A stretch of 64,000 nucleotides of DNA from an uncultured archaeon (GCA_902385635.1 CABMGN010000008.1:9956-73955); one strand, 5' to 3'. Positions 37,665 through 48,069 are shown, numbered from the stretch's first letter. Program-made: numbers and translations. Notes: generated from the letters alone by a model not told the origin.

Positions 37665-38192
37665 ATGAAAAAAACACCTAAAAGATTGGTTTTGATTACT
37701 ATCTTAGTCCTAGTTTTTCTAGTTTTACTTCTATTTGCAATTCGTGTGTTTTCGTCTAGAGAAATTGATGATGTAACGCCGGGGATTTATTGTGAACCAG
37801 AGTATTTAGAGAAAGCACAAATTCTGTGGGTTATACCAAATTATAATAACACCCCAATATCCCAGAATGAAACTTGGTGCGAAAAAATAATTTCAATGAA
37901 CAAAACCTTAGGTATGCACGGGGTAAGACACCAACCATACGAAGAGTTTAAAATAGAGAACAAAACACAAGAAGAGTTCCAAAAAGGAATTAAAATTTTT
38001 GAAGATTGTTTTAACCAAACACCCACAAGGTTCAAATCCCCCCAATTAGCTCTTTCCCAAGAAAATAAAAAAATGATACTAGAAAACTTTCCAGACTTAA
38101 AGATAAAATCTTATTTTAATCAAATAACCCATAAAGTCTATCACTGTTCAGATACCGGAAGATTCTCTAACAGAATTATTGATCTTTTTTAA
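37665..38192 (+). CDS. Membrane-anchored polysaccharide-deacetylase-like (DUF2334-type) protein
   Basis: IDDVTP, GMHGVRH, FKSPQ; N-terminal TM. Confidence 0.7.
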   Translation: MKKTPKRLVLITILVLVFLVLLLFAIRVFSSREIDDVTPGIYCEPEYLEKAQILWVIPNYNNTPISQNETWCEKIISMNKTLGMHGVRHQPYEEFKIENKTQEEFQKGIKIFEDCFNQTPTRFKSPQLALSQENKKMILENFPDLKIKSYFNQITHKVYHCSDTGRFSNRIIDLF

Positions 38193-39280
38193 TGGATTTG
38201 GAATCTTAGTAAAGCCCCAATTCCAGAAAGATTGAAAAATTGTTCTCCTTCTGGAGTCTCTGTAGAGACTATTTCTATATTTGCAGAAATGTTAGTTGCT
38301 AATTCTTTTAACTCTTGAGCAATCTGTTTGTCAACTTTCTTAGAAATCAAAAGAGTTTCAACAGCCCCGTACTCTAAAGCTTTTCTTACATCCGGTTCTT
38401 TGTAAGCAGCCATTTTAGGATTTGCTCCCAAAGTTTCAAAAAATTTCTCTAAAAGTTTTTTCTCTCGAATAATTCCTTGGCTTGCAAGAATATCCTGACT
38501 TGCTTCAACTAATAGCTTAATACCGTGTTCATCAGCGTAACCTAAGTCCTTTCTTGCAAGAATAAGATTTTGTAATTTAGTCGGCAAGTACTCTCCATCA
38601 ACAAATTCGTCTTTAGTTGGAACAGGGCCTCCAATCAGAATCCCTTTAAGCTTAGGCATATCGTAGAATATTGTTTTCATCTCATCAGCAATTCTTTTAT
38701 AAAATTCTTTTGTAAGACCTTCAGTGATTCTGTGGAATCTCTGGCTAGATTGCCCTCCTGCCCTAACCTTGCTCGGAACACCAGAAGTCATCTTTTGTAA
38801 AACCTCGATTCTCTTTCCTTCTAAGAAACCAATTGCAGCATCTTTCCTATCCATAACTAACAAACCAAAAACCTCATCAACTTCTAGCATTTCTCTAAGC
38901 GGTTGTGTAACAAATTCCTTATCACATCTATACATTCTTATCTTCAAAGGAAGTGGGGGCTCTATCTCCCATAGTCTCATGTCATCCTGACCTTCAACCT
39001 GAGAAATATTTCCAGAGTATAAAACAAGGCCATTCACAGGGGTTCTATTTAATCCTTTAAGGTATCTAATAATTTTTTCAAGAGCTTCAGTAACATTCTT
39101 TCTTGTTCCACTAGACTTAATGTTCTTTGCTGTAGAAATTTCTGCCTCAAGCTGCTTTTGTACAGAATTTGCATCATAATCAGCGGGGATCATAACTGTA
39201 ATTAGCTCTGTATGTCTCCCTTTATAACTATCAAGAACATTCAAAAGTTCATTCAGATCATCATTAGATAACTTTACCAT
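38189..39280 (-). CDS. prf1: Peptide chain release factor aRF1
   Basis: NIKS, YRCD, GGQS motifs. Confidence 0.96.
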   Translation of the reverse strand: MVKLSNDDLNELLNVLDSYKGRHTELITVMIPADYDANSVQKQLEAEISTAKNIKSSGTRKNVTEALEKIIRYLKGLNRTPVNGLVLYSGNISQVEGQDDMRLWEIEPPLPLKIRMYRCDKEFVTQPLREMLEVDEVFGLLVMDRKDAAIGFLEGKRIEVLQKMTSGVPSKVRAGGQSSQRFHRITEGLTKEFYKRIADEMKTIFYDMPKLKGILIGGPVPTKDEFVDGEYLPTKLQNLILARKDLGYADEHGIKLLVEASQDILASQGIIREKKLLEKFFETLGANPKMAAYKEPDVRKALEYGAVETLLISKKVDKQIAQELKELATNISANIEIVSTETPEGEQFFNLSGIGALLRFQIH

Positions 39281-39302
39281 CTTAAATTTGAAAAAGAGTA
39301 TG

Positions 39303-41687
39303 CTATTTAAACTCTACTCCAAAACTTCCTTCCTTAAGTTCAGAAGCATTAACAACATCCTTTAAATCTTTCAGAACATCTTTCAGTTTCTTATGGCTCT
39401 CTTTTTCAAGAGTTAAAATAATCTCAGAATTCATAGCCTTCTTTGCATCTGACTTTTCTTTTCTTATCTTTGCAATCATCTCTAGAAGTAGATTAAAAGT
39501 TTCTTCATCAGATTTACTTTTTTCTATCTTAATTTCTTGAGGCCACTCACAAAGATGGATACTCTTTTCAGTCTGATCTTTCTTAAAATGATTCTGATAA
39601 ACTTCTTCTGTAGAGAAAGGAGTAAATGGAGCAAATAGTCTAGTTATAGAATATAGTAAAGTGTACAATCCATAAAATGCAGATTCCTTCTCTTCAGTAG
39701 TTCCATTATATACCCTCTTTTTAACAATTTCAAGATAATAATCACAAAATTTACTCCAGAAGAAATTATCTACAGAAGATTTAACTTTATGATACTCATA
39801 GTTATCAAAATCCTTAACTGATTGTTTAATAATCTTATTTAATTCATGAATAAAAAGTCTATCAACTTCCATAAGTTTCTTTGGTTTTTTTCCAGGTTTA
39901 TAATTTCCAAGATTCATAAAAACAAATCGAGAAGCATTTGTTAATTTCGTTACAAACTTTTTACCAGCAATTACCTCTTTTTCAGAGTACTCTAAATCAT
40001 CTCCCAGCTTACTTCCCGCAGCCCAGCACCTAATTGAATCTGCACCGTACCTTGCAATTACCTCTTGGGGTGCAACAACATTTCCTCTTGACTTTGACAT
40101 TTTTTGGCCACCAAGAGTAACAAAACCCGAGATTATAACATCCTTAAATGGATTCTTCTTGTAATGAAGATTACTTTTTACAACAGTATTAAACAACCAG
40201 AAGGTAATTATCTCAGAAGCCTGCGGCCTTAAAGTCATAGGATATAATTTATTTTCCCAGGATTTAGGCATTTTTTCAACAGACAACCTCGGAGACATAG
40301 ATGAAGTAAACCAGGTATCAAGAACATCTTTTTCAGGAGTAAAGTCACTTGAACCACACTTACATTTTTTCTTTGGTTTATCTTTTAATGGATCAACTGG
40401 AAGTTGTTTCTCATCTGCAATAACAACCTCTCCACATTTTTTACAATACCAAACAGGAAATGCAACACCAAAAAATCTCTGTCTTGAAATTAACCAGTCC
40501 CACTGAAGACCATTAACCCAGCTTGAGTAACGATTATACATAAATTCAGGATACCAATTTAGCTCCTTACCCCATTTCAACATTTCTTTTTTCAAATCAA
40601 GATACTTTACAAACCACTGCATAGATTTAACGTACTCAATTTCAGTTCCGCATCTTTCATGAACCTTAACATCATGTTTCAATGGCTCTTGCTTTATCAA
40701 AAGTCCTCTTTCCTTCAGGTCAGAGATTATAACTTTCCTTGCTTCCTTAATTGACATACCAGAATATTTTTCAGCAAGAGAAGTCATCTTTCCAGATTTG
40801 TCAATTGCCTCTTTTATTGGAAGATTATATGCTTTCTGCCACTCCATGTCTGTCTGATCACCAAAAGTACAACACATAACAATTCCTGTTCCTTTCTCCG
40901 GGTCTGCTCTGGAATCTTCCATAATTGGGACCTCAAAGTTAAATCCGGGAACTTTTGCTTTCTTACCTAAAAATTTTTTATATCTCTTATCAGAAGGATT
41001 GTAAAAAATAGAAACACACGCTGGAAGAAGTTCTGGTCTTGTTGTGGCCACAACCAAATCTTCTTTCCCGACTTTAAAAACAATATCATTAAAAAAAGTG
41101 TCAACACTTTTATCTTCGCAATCAACTTGAGAAATGCCTGTCTGACATTCTGGACACCACATGGCAGGAGCATCTTTTCTATAAACTCTTCCTTTTTTGT
41201 ACAAATCTAAAAAAGAATTCTGAGAAATTTTCCTAGAAGAATCATCGATTGTACTATAAAGAATGTTCCAATCACAGCTTATCCCGATTCTCTTCCAATC
41301 AGCAAGATACTCGGGTTGGAATTTTTCCTTCAAAAGTTTCATACATAATTCAATAAACTTATCTCTTGGCATTTGTGAAGCCTTAATATTTTGAGTCTTC
41401 TCTACCAGTCTTTCTGTTGGAAGCCCATTATCGTCTGTTCCAAAAGGATAAAAGACATTGAAGCCCCTCATTCGTTTATACCTTGCAATAAAGTCTTGTT
41501 GAGAGTACGAAAAAGCGTGCCCAATATGCATTTTTCCAGAAACAGTTGGGGGAGGAGTGTCTATAGAGTAAATCTTTCTCTTTTTACCTTTTTCAGAAGC
41601 ATCAAAAGAGTAAATTTTTTCTTTATCCCAGTACTTGATCCACTTTTCTTCTGATTCAAGTTGGGGATTTTCGGGTAATTCGGGCAT
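39303..41687 (-). CDS. valS: Valyl-tRNA synthetase
   Basis: DTPPPTVSG, HIGH, TTRPE, GTGIVMCCTFGD, ISRQR, KMSKS. Confidence 0.96.
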   Translation of the reverse strand: MPELPENPQLESEEKWIKYWDKEKIYSFDASEKGKKRKIYSIDTPPPTVSGKMHIGHAFSYSQQDFIARYKRMRGFNVFYPFGTDDNGLPTERLVEKTQNIKASQMPRDKFIELCMKLLKEKFQPEYLADWKRIGISCDWNILYSTIDDSSRKISQNSFLDLYKKGRVYRKDAPAMWCPECQTGISQVDCEDKSVDTFFNDIVFKVGKEDLVVATTRPELLPACVSIFYNPSDKRYKKFLGKKAKVPGFNFEVPIMEDSRADPEKGTGIVMCCTFGDQTDMEWQKAYNLPIKEAIDKSGKMTSLAEKYSGMSIKEARKVIISDLKERGLLIKQEPLKHDVKVHERCGTEIEYVKSMQWFVKYLDLKKEMLKWGKELNWYPEFMYNRYSSWVNGLQWDWLISRQRFFGVAFPVWYCKKCGEVVIADEKQLPVDPLKDKPKKKCKCGSSDFTPEKDVLDTWFTSSMSPRLSVEKMPKSWENKLYPMTLRPQASEIITFWLFNTVVKSNLHYKKNPFKDVIISGFVTLGGQKMSKSRGNVVAPQEVIARYGADSIRCWAAGSKLGDDLEYSEKEVIAGKKFVTKLTNASRFVFMNLGNYKPGKKPKKLMEVDRLFIHELNKIIKQSVKDFDNYEYHKVKSSVDNFFWSKFCDYYLEIVKKRVYNGTTEEKESAFYGLYTLLYSITRLFAPFTPFSTEEVYQNHFKKDQTEKSIHLCEWPQEIKIEKSKSDEETFNLLLEMIAKIRKEKSDAKKAMNSEIILTLEKESHKKLKDVLKDLKDVVNASELKEGSFGVEFK

Positions 41688-41747
41688 GATTTACAGAGAT
41701 AAAACAACTTTAAAAAAGTTTATTAACCCAGAGAAATTGTTTAAAAA

Positions 41748-41906
41748 ATGGCAGACAATATGGTAAACCTCCCTTCAGGGTATGGTGGATTAACAAGATT
41801 CAGTCAAGAATATGAAACAAGATTCAAATTAAAACCCGCGCATATAATCGGCTTCGTGGTTCTAATTGTTGCATTTAGAATCGCGCTAGGAATTTTCTTA
41901 AAATAA
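41748..41906 (+). CDS. secG: Preprotein translocase subunit Sec61beta (52 aa; absent from ORF track)
   Basis: Hand translation MADNMVNLPSGYGGLTRFSQEYETRFKLKPAHIIGFVVLIVAFRIALGIFLK: GLxRF..E..KLKP + TM. Confidence 0.88.
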   Translation: MADNMVNLPSGYGGLTRFSQEYETRFKLKPAHIIGFVVLIVAFRIALGIFLK

Positions 41907-41907
41907 A

Positions 41908-42246
41908 ATGTTTCCCGGACTAGGTGGGGTAAACCCAAAACAAATGAATGCTCTGATGAAGCAGATGGGAATTTCTCAAACAGAGATAGAAACAGATAAA
42001 GTAGTTATTCACAAAGCAGATGGAAAAAAGATTGTAATTGAACCGGCACATGTTTTAAAGATTAAGATGCAAGGTCAAGACTCTTTTCAAATTACTGGCG
42101 AAGAAAGGGAAGAAGCTGGAGAGTTATTTTCAGAAGAAGACATAAAAACCGTCATGGAAAAGGCCGGCGTTAAGAAAGATGCAGCAAAAAAAGCACTTGA
42201 AAAATCAAAAGGCGATCTAGCTGAAGCAATTCTTGAATTGAGTTAA
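41908..42246 (+). CDS. nac: Nascent polypeptide-associated complex protein
   Basis: NPKQM..MKQMGI, UBA tail GDLAEAILEL. Confidence 0.95.
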   Translation: MFPGLGGVNPKQMNALMKQMGISQTEIETDKVVIHKADGKKIVIEPAHVLKIKMQGQDSFQITGEEREEAGELFSEEDIKTVMEKAGVKKDAAKKALEKSKGDLAEAILELS

Positions 42247-42276
42247 AAATAAAAACTCTTCTTTCAGTAATGCTTA

Positions 42277-43494
42277 ATGACAAAACCCTATATTCCTCCC
42301 CAAGAAATCTTAGATAAATATGCCGAAGTTCTAGTTAATTTTGCAGTAGCCGGTGGAAAAGGTATAAAGAAAGATGAAGTTATTCTTCTTGAAGTTCCTG
42401 AATGTGCAAAACCCATATTGATCCCCCTTCAAAAAGCAGTTCTGAAAGCTGGGGCGCACTATATAACACACTTTCTCGCAGATAAAACAGCACGACATTT
42501 CTACGAACTTGCAGAAGATCACCAACTAGAGTTCTTTCCAGAAAAGTTAATCAAAGGACGTGTTGACCAAATGGACCACTCACTCCACATCATTGCAGAA
42601 GCAGATAAAAAAGAGCTAGAAGGAATTGATCCAAAGAAAATTATGCGAAGGTCAAAAGCATTCAGACCGTACAAGGATTGGAGAGAAGAAAAAGAAAACA
42701 AAGGGAAATACTCTTGGGTTTTATCTCTTTACGGAACAGCAGAGATGGCAAGAGAAGCAAAGATGAGTGAAAAAAAATACTGGGATCAGATAATCAGAGC
42801 ATGTTATCTAGATGAAAAAGACCCTATAGAAAAGTGGAAACAAACATTCAAAGAGATTGATAGAATAAAAAATAAGCTTGACTCCTTAAAGATACAAAAG
42901 ATTCATGTTAAATCAGAAAACATTGATCTCGAGATAGGTTTAGGCAAGAATAGAAAATGGCTTGGTTGTGATGGAAGAAACATCCCAAGCTTTGAGGTGT
43001 TTATTTCTCCAGACTGGAGAAAAACAAACGGAAAGATTTCATTTGATCAACCCCTATATAGATATGACAACTTGATCTCAGGCATTTCTCTAGAATTCAA
43101 AGAAGGGATAATTACAAAATTCTCTGCAAAGGAAGGAGAAAATGTTTTGAAGGAAATGATTGAGTCAGACGAAGGTTCAAATAAGATAGGAGAATTTTCT
43201 CTAACTGATAGTAGCTTCTCAAAGATAAACAAGTTCATGGCCGAAACCTTATTTGACGAAAACTTTGGAGGAAAATACGGAAATATGCACATAGCGGTGG
43301 GCTCTTCATTCAAAGACGCGTACCCGCATGCGGAAGAAATTCCTAATATCCCTAAAGAGAAATGGGATGAAATGGGCTTCAATGAATCAATAGTCCATTC
43401 AGATCTGGTTAATGCAGAAAAAAAAGCAGTTTATGCATTCCTCGAAGATGGAAAGAAAGTTCTAATTTACAAAAACGGTAAGTTTCTAATATGA
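42277..43494 (+). CDS. Aminopeptidase, M29 family (AmpS/AmpT)
   Basis: NIPSFEVF, IGEFSL, TLFDEN, HIAVG, SIVHSD. Confidence 0.92.
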   Translation: MTKPYIPPQEILDKYAEVLVNFAVAGGKGIKKDEVILLEVPECAKPILIPLQKAVLKAGAHYITHFLADKTARHFYELAEDHQLEFFPEKLIKGRVDQMDHSLHIIAEADKKELEGIDPKKIMRRSKAFRPYKDWREEKENKGKYSWVLSLYGTAEMAREAKMSEKKYWDQIIRACYLDEKDPIEKWKQTFKEIDRIKNKLDSLKIQKIHVKSENIDLEIGLGKNRKWLGCDGRNIPSFEVFISPDWRKTNGKISFDQPLYRYDNLISGISLEFKEGIITKFSAKEGENVLKEMIESDEGSNKIGEFSLTDSSFSKINKFMAETLFDENFGGKYGNMHIAVGSSFKDAYPHAEEIPNIPKEKWDEMGFNESIVHSDLVNAEKKAVYAFLEDGKKVLIYKNGKFLI

Positions 43495-43964
43495 ACCCCA
43501 TATTAAAAAATCTAGAAGAAGCAGATCACTCAATTCAAAGAGCAAGTCACCTCTTAAACGTAACTTTTCCATTGTTAAAACATAAGGAAATACTTCTAAG
43601 AATAACAGAAGAGATAAAAAAGTCCTTACTAAAACAAATAAATTCAATCCTTTATTATGAACATCTAAATAAAAGGATAAAACTTTCAAAAGATCCAAAA
43701 AAGAATCTAAAACTATTTGAGAAAAAACTAGCAAGAAGGTACAAAGTAAACATCAAAGAAATAAAAGAAATTCTTAATCTTTCAAAAATACAAAAAGAGT
43801 CTCCAGTCCATATATTAAAAGAAGATAAGCTAATTCTTGTATCAAACGACCTAAAACAGAAAATTATCACAAAAGAAGTACTAAAAAGATACCTAAATCT
43901 AACAGAAAACCTATTCAAGACCGTTAAAAAGAATCTGATTACAAGAACTCCTAAAGAAGAGTAA
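43491..43964 (+). CDS. Hypothetical helical protein (paralogue of 44070-44510)
   Basis: ATGA overlap; ASHLLNVTFPLL resembles ADHLLYVSLKYT of the next gene. Confidence 0.7.
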   Translation: MNPILKNLEEADHSIQRASHLLNVTFPLLKHKEILLRITEEIKKSLLKQINSILYYEHLNKRIKLSKDPKKNLKLFEKKLARRYKVNIKEIKEILNLSKIQKESPVHILKEDKLILVSNDLKQKIITKEVLKRYLNLTENLFKTVKKNLITRTPKEE

Positions 43965-44069
43965 AAGGAAAAGGTATAAAAATACTCAAACTATATACTG
44001 GATACTGGAAAGAGGCAAACTTATCCTCTAGGGATATCGAATTAAGTTTCGAGAATTAATATTATATAA

Positions 44070-44510
44070 ATGGAAGAAATAATTCAAGAAAAAATCAGCG
44101 CAGATCATCTTTTATACGTAAGTCTAAAGTACACAAAAACCTGCGATGTAATCATCAACTTACTTATTAGATGGAGAAAAATGATAGACACCGCAATAGA
44201 AGAACTTCTAAAACATGCTAAGAAAAAGAAAAAAATTTCATCCATTCCCGCTAATCCTCTAGGAAGAATAGAAGCAATTCAAAAGTTATTCAAGAAAGAT
44301 AAGAACTTCATGGAGATTATTGACTTCTACATCATGCTAAAAAAGCTTGAGGAATTACGGAAGGAAAGAATTGGTGAATTTAGAAAGAACGTTAACCTAA
44401 AAATATTTTATAGAGGGCAAGAAATAAATGTAAACTTAGAGCAGTTAAAGATTTATGCCGATAAACTGGAAAAATTTATAACTACTACAAAACAATTTCT
44501 TCTATCATAA
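44070..44510 (+). CDS. Hypothetical helical protein upstream of minD
   Basis: 146 aa ORF, 15 nt from minD start. Confidence 0.75.
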   Translation: MEEIIQEKISADHLLYVSLKYTKTCDVIINLLIRWRKMIDTAIEELLKHAKKKKKISSIPANPLGRIEAIQKLFKKDKNFMEIIDFYIMLKKLEELRKERIGEFRKNVNLKIFYRGQEINVNLEQLKIYADKLEKFITTTKQFLLS

Positions 44511-44525
44511 ATAAAAAGAGCAAAT

Positions 44526-45299
44526 ATGAAAAGAATAATAGTCATTACCTCCGGGAAGGGGGGAGTTGGTAAAACAACAACTGCAGTTAACCTTGGTGCA
44601 GCAATAAACCACTTTGGGAAAAATGTTTTAGTAGTGGACGGAAATCTAACAACACCTAATGTAGGTATTTTTCTTGGTTCTCCAGAAGTACCCGTAAGCC
44701 TCAATCACGTTTTAAATGGAAAAGCAGAAGTTTTCGAAGCAGTTTACGAACATGAATCAGGCATGAAAATACTTCCAGCCTCACTCTCTCTTAAAGAATT
44801 AGATAAAATAAAACCCAACAACATAAAGGATTTAAAAAAAGATTTGACAGACATAGCAGAATATGTAATAGTAGACAGTGCAGCAGGACTTGGAAATGAG
44901 GCAAGATCAGCAATGGATTTAGCAGATGAGCTAATTATTGTAACAAACCCCGAGCTTCCAGCAGTAACAGACGCTCTAAAAACAATAAAACTTGCAGAAA
45001 AAGCACACAAACCAGTGTTGGGAATTATTGTAACAAGAGTTAGGGGAGATAAAATTGAGATGAGCCCAGAACTAGTTAAAGAAATGCTAGAGACTCCAGT
45101 TTTAGGTATGATCCCTGAAGACAGATCAATTCAAAAGTCACTTAATCTAAAAAATCCGGTTATTCATACACACCCGACAAGTCACGCATCACGAGCCTAC
45201 AAAGAGATTGCTTCTCAAATCCTCAATGTTCCGTACGAAGCACACAAAGATAAAAAGAATGTGTTCAAAACTTGGTTAAAGAAACTTGGGTTAGCATAA
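44526..45299 (+). CDS. minD: MinD-family ATPase
   Basis: SGKGGVGKTT, DSAAGLG, VTNPE, amphipathic C-terminal helix FKTWLKKLGL. Confidence 0.92.
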   Translation: MKRIIVITSGKGGVGKTTTAVNLGAAINHFGKNVLVVDGNLTTPNVGIFLGSPEVPVSLNHVLNGKAEVFEAVYEHESGMKILPASLSLKELDKIKPNNIKDLKKDLTDIAEYVIVDSAAGLGNEARSAMDLADELIIVTNPELPAVTDALKTIKLAEKAHKPVLGIIVTRVRGDKIEMSPELVKEMLETPVLGMIPEDRSIQKSLNLKNPVIHTHPTSHASRAYKEIASQILNVPYEAHKDKKNVFKTWLKKLGLA

Positions 45300-45343
45300 A
45301 TCAGCCAAATTTTTATAAACTACTTCTTCTAGAATAAAGAAAC

Positions 45344-45658
45344 ATGAGAGTGATATATATTCCTGAAAAAGAAATTGACAAAGTAAAACAAACATTAGCT
45401 GCTCAAGGTAGATTTCATCTTCTAGTAATTTCAACAGAACACGGGAAGTATAAAGAAGGGGAATTTGTAAAAACTGCTTGGGGAGATAAGCTTCACGTAT
45501 CAAAACAGGTACCAATAACTTCTTTTGATCATTTCAAGAGAGAATACATACACTACCCCGAAATAAAAGAATCAATCAATTTACCTGAAATGGAACATTT
45601 GTTTAAGTTCAAAAAAGTAGAAATTCTTGAGTTAAGGAAATACAAAGATAAAATTTAA
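45344..45658 (+). CDS. Hypothetical protein
   Basis: 104 aa ORF with TATA near 45313. Confidence 0.65.
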   Translation: MRVIYIPEKEIDKVKQTLAAQGRFHLLVISTEHGKYKEGEFVKTAWGDKLHVSKQVPITSFDHFKREYIHYPEIKESINLPEMEHLFKFKKVEILELRKYKDKI

Positions 45659-46005
45659 CTAACCCTCATCCCAGGTTCAGCTTCTTTATCCGGACATACT
45701 AGTATAACTTTTTTAAAATCATCTGTAAATGCAGCTAGAATCATTCCTTCGCTCTTAATTCCTTTCATCATCCTTGGAGCAAGATTAGAAACAAGAATTA
45801 AGCTCTTCCCAACAAGTTCTTCTTTACTATAAAACTGTTTTAAACCAGCACAAACAAATCGCTCTCCAAACTGACCAACATCAAGAGTCAATTTGTAAAG
45901 TTTGTCTGCTCCTAAAATATCTTCTGCATTTTTTACTTTTGCAACCCTTAAATCAATTTTTTCCCAGTCGCTAAAATTAACAATGTTTGCAATATTTTCC
46001 GCCAT
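45655..46005 (-). CDS. Stand-alone tRNA-binding OB protein (MetRS C-terminal/Trbp111-like)
   Basis: DLRVAKV, ADKLYKL, NLAPRMMKGIKSEGMILA. Confidence 0.9.
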   Translation of the reverse strand: MAENIANIVNFSDWEKIDLRVAKVKNAEDILGADKLYKLTLDVGQFGERFVCAGLKQFYSKEELVGKSLILVSNLAPRMMKGIKSEGMILAAFTDDFKKVILVCPDKEAEPGMRVS

Positions 46006-46042
46006 AGTTTATACAAAATTTCAAGATTTATTAAATTTGTGA

Positions 46043-46597
46043 TTATGCTTTTTCGGGAAGTCCAAACACATCAATCTCCCCAATATCCTCTAGGGGTTTA
46101 ACAGAAGGAGAAGCCTCTTCAAAATAGGGGCGAGATACAAGATCCCTAACAAAAGACTCCATACAATCTATATAGGGGTCAGTCCCAGATTCAAAAGCTC
46201 CAAGAACTCTTGCTCTAAGCCAGGGATTTTCCCTTCTAAGTCTTTCCTGTTCTATATCAAAAGGAGACCTCAAGGAGTCTAATTTCTTCCTTTGTATTTC
46301 AAGATTTGCATGATATTTTTGTAAAATTTGCTCTTTCTTTGCTTGTTCTGATATCATCTTAGGTTTAAGTTCTTCGGCTCTTGCTAATTTAAATGCAAAA
46401 TATTCCTCCCGAGTCATTTTAGAAATATTTCTTTTTTTCCATTCTTGATTCTCGTATTGCACTTTGTAAGAGTCATTTTCGTACATTTTTCCAGTACATC
46501 TACGTCTACATTCCAAGGGAGATTCTGCAGGCCTACGGCTAGAAAATCTAAGGTCATTGTACCAGTTCGAAATTACTTTAAATGGGTTCCAGATCAT
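46043..46597 (-). CDS. Hypothetical protein
   Basis: 184 aa ORF with own TATA promoter between metG and tRNA-binding gene. Confidence 0.65.
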   Translation of the reverse strand: MIWNPFKVISNWYNDLRFSSRRPAESPLECRRRCTGKMYENDSYKVQYENQEWKKRNISKMTREEYFAFKLARAEELKPKMISEQAKKEQILQKYHANLEIQRKKLDSLRSPFDIEQERLRRENPWLRARVLGAFESGTDPYIDCMESFVRDLVSRPYFEEASPSVKPLEDIGEIDVFGLPEKA

Positions 46598-46647
46598 ATT
46601 TTATCCTAGAATTCTCCCCTTTTAAATCTTTCTAAAGTGTTACTACT

Positions 46648-48069
46648 CTAAAGTTCTATTTTCTTAAAAAGAAGCTCACCTTTCTTAATATTTGAAGGGC
46701 TCAAAGGTTTTTCAATCTCAGAAAGTAAGAATTTTTTAAAACCAAACTGCTTTCCGATCTTTTCAGAAGTAGAAGGAATAAATGGCCATAAGAGAATAGC
46801 TATAATTCTTATTGAATCAGCAATTTCATAAAGTACTTTTTTGTCATGTGTTTCCCAAGGCTTTTTATTCTGAACATACTCATTACAAATATCAACAAAA
46901 GCAAAGATCTCATTTAATGCTTTGTCTACTTCAAAATTTTGCATATGCTTTTCAATGCTCTTTAATTTTAATTTTTTCAAAAGAGAATTTTCTGTCTTTT
47001 CTAAACCATATTTCTCAATTAAACTTGCTATTCTAGAAACTAAATTTCCTAATTTATTTGCAAGTTCATTATTATTTCTTTCAATCAAAATATCTTCAGA
47101 ATAATCAGAATCCTCAAAGACAGAACATTTCAAAAGAGAGTACCTAACCGGATCCGCCCCGTATTTTTTAGCTAAGTCTATTGGATCGATTGTATTTCCT
47201 AAACTTTTCCCTATTTTTTTCCCGCCAAGATTAAGATACCCGTGTACAAGAAGAGTCTTAGGTAGCTTATATCCTGCAGAGATTAAAATCGCCGGCCAAA
47301 TTACAGAATGAAACCAGTTAATTCCCTTTCCCACAATATGAACATCTGCAGGCCAGTTTCCATTTGCACCTGAAACATAATTAAGAAGAGCGTCAAACCA
47401 GACATAAATTTTAAACTTGGGGTCAATAGGATTATCAATTCCCCAATCAAGATTAGATCTAGAAACACATAAGTCCTTCAGTTCTTCATTCTTCAGTCTA
47501 GAAAGAATTTCGTTACGTCTAGTCTCTGGAACAATATATCCTTTTTCAATAAAATCGATTAACTCTCGTTTATATTTACTTAAATCAAAAAAGTAAGAAT
47601 CTTCCGAAATCCATTCAGGTTCTTTATTATGTTCCGGGCACTTCCCCTCAACTAAATCTTTTTCAGTAATAAACGCCTCACACCCAGTACAGTAATATCC
47701 CTCATACTTTCCTTTGTAAATTTCTCCTTTATCATAGACTTTTTTAAAAATATCCTGGCACAGTTTCTTATGCTCTGCTTCAGTTGTTCTAATAAATCTA
47801 TCAAAGTTAACATCTAGTATTTTACATAATTCAATAAAAATTTTAGAATTTTGATCAACAAACTTCTGGATTGGAACTCCTTTCTCTTTAGCTACTTGAG
47901 CATTTTTTTGAGCATTTTCGTCTGTTCCAGTTAAAAGAAAGACTTCTTTGCCCTCTATCTTTTTCCACCTAGCTAGAGCATCTGCTAAGATTTTTTCAAA
48001 GGCGTGACCTACATGAGGCCTTCCATTCACATAATCAATTGCTGTTGTTATAAAAAATTTCTTTGTCAT
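46648..48069 (-). CDS. metG: Methionyl-tRNA synthetase (core, without C-terminal OB domain)
   Basis: TTAIDYVNGRPHVGH, GTDEN, Zn knuckle, YVWFDAL, KIGKS variant of KMSKS. Confidence 0.95.
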   Translation of the reverse strand: MTKKFFITTAIDYVNGRPHVGHAFEKILADALARWKKIEGKEVFLLTGTDENAQKNAQVAKEKGVPIQKFVDQNSKIFIELCKILDVNFDRFIRTTEAEHKKLCQDIFKKVYDKGEIYKGKYEGYYCTGCEAFITEKDLVEGKCPEHNKEPEWISEDSYFFDLSKYKRELIDFIEKGYIVPETRRNEILSRLKNEELKDLCVSRSNLDWGIDNPIDPKFKIYVWFDALLNYVSGANGNWPADVHIVGKGINWFHSVIWPAILISAGYKLPKTLLVHGYLNLGGKKIGKSLGNTIDPIDLAKKYGADPVRYSLLKCSVFEDSDYSEDILIERNNNELANKLGNLVSRIASLIEKYGLEKTENSLLKKLKLKSIEKHMQNFEVDKALNEIFAFVDICNEYVQNKKPWETHDKKVLYEIADSIRIIAILLWPFIPSTSEKIGKQFGFKKFLLSEIEKPLSPSNIKKGELLFKKIEL

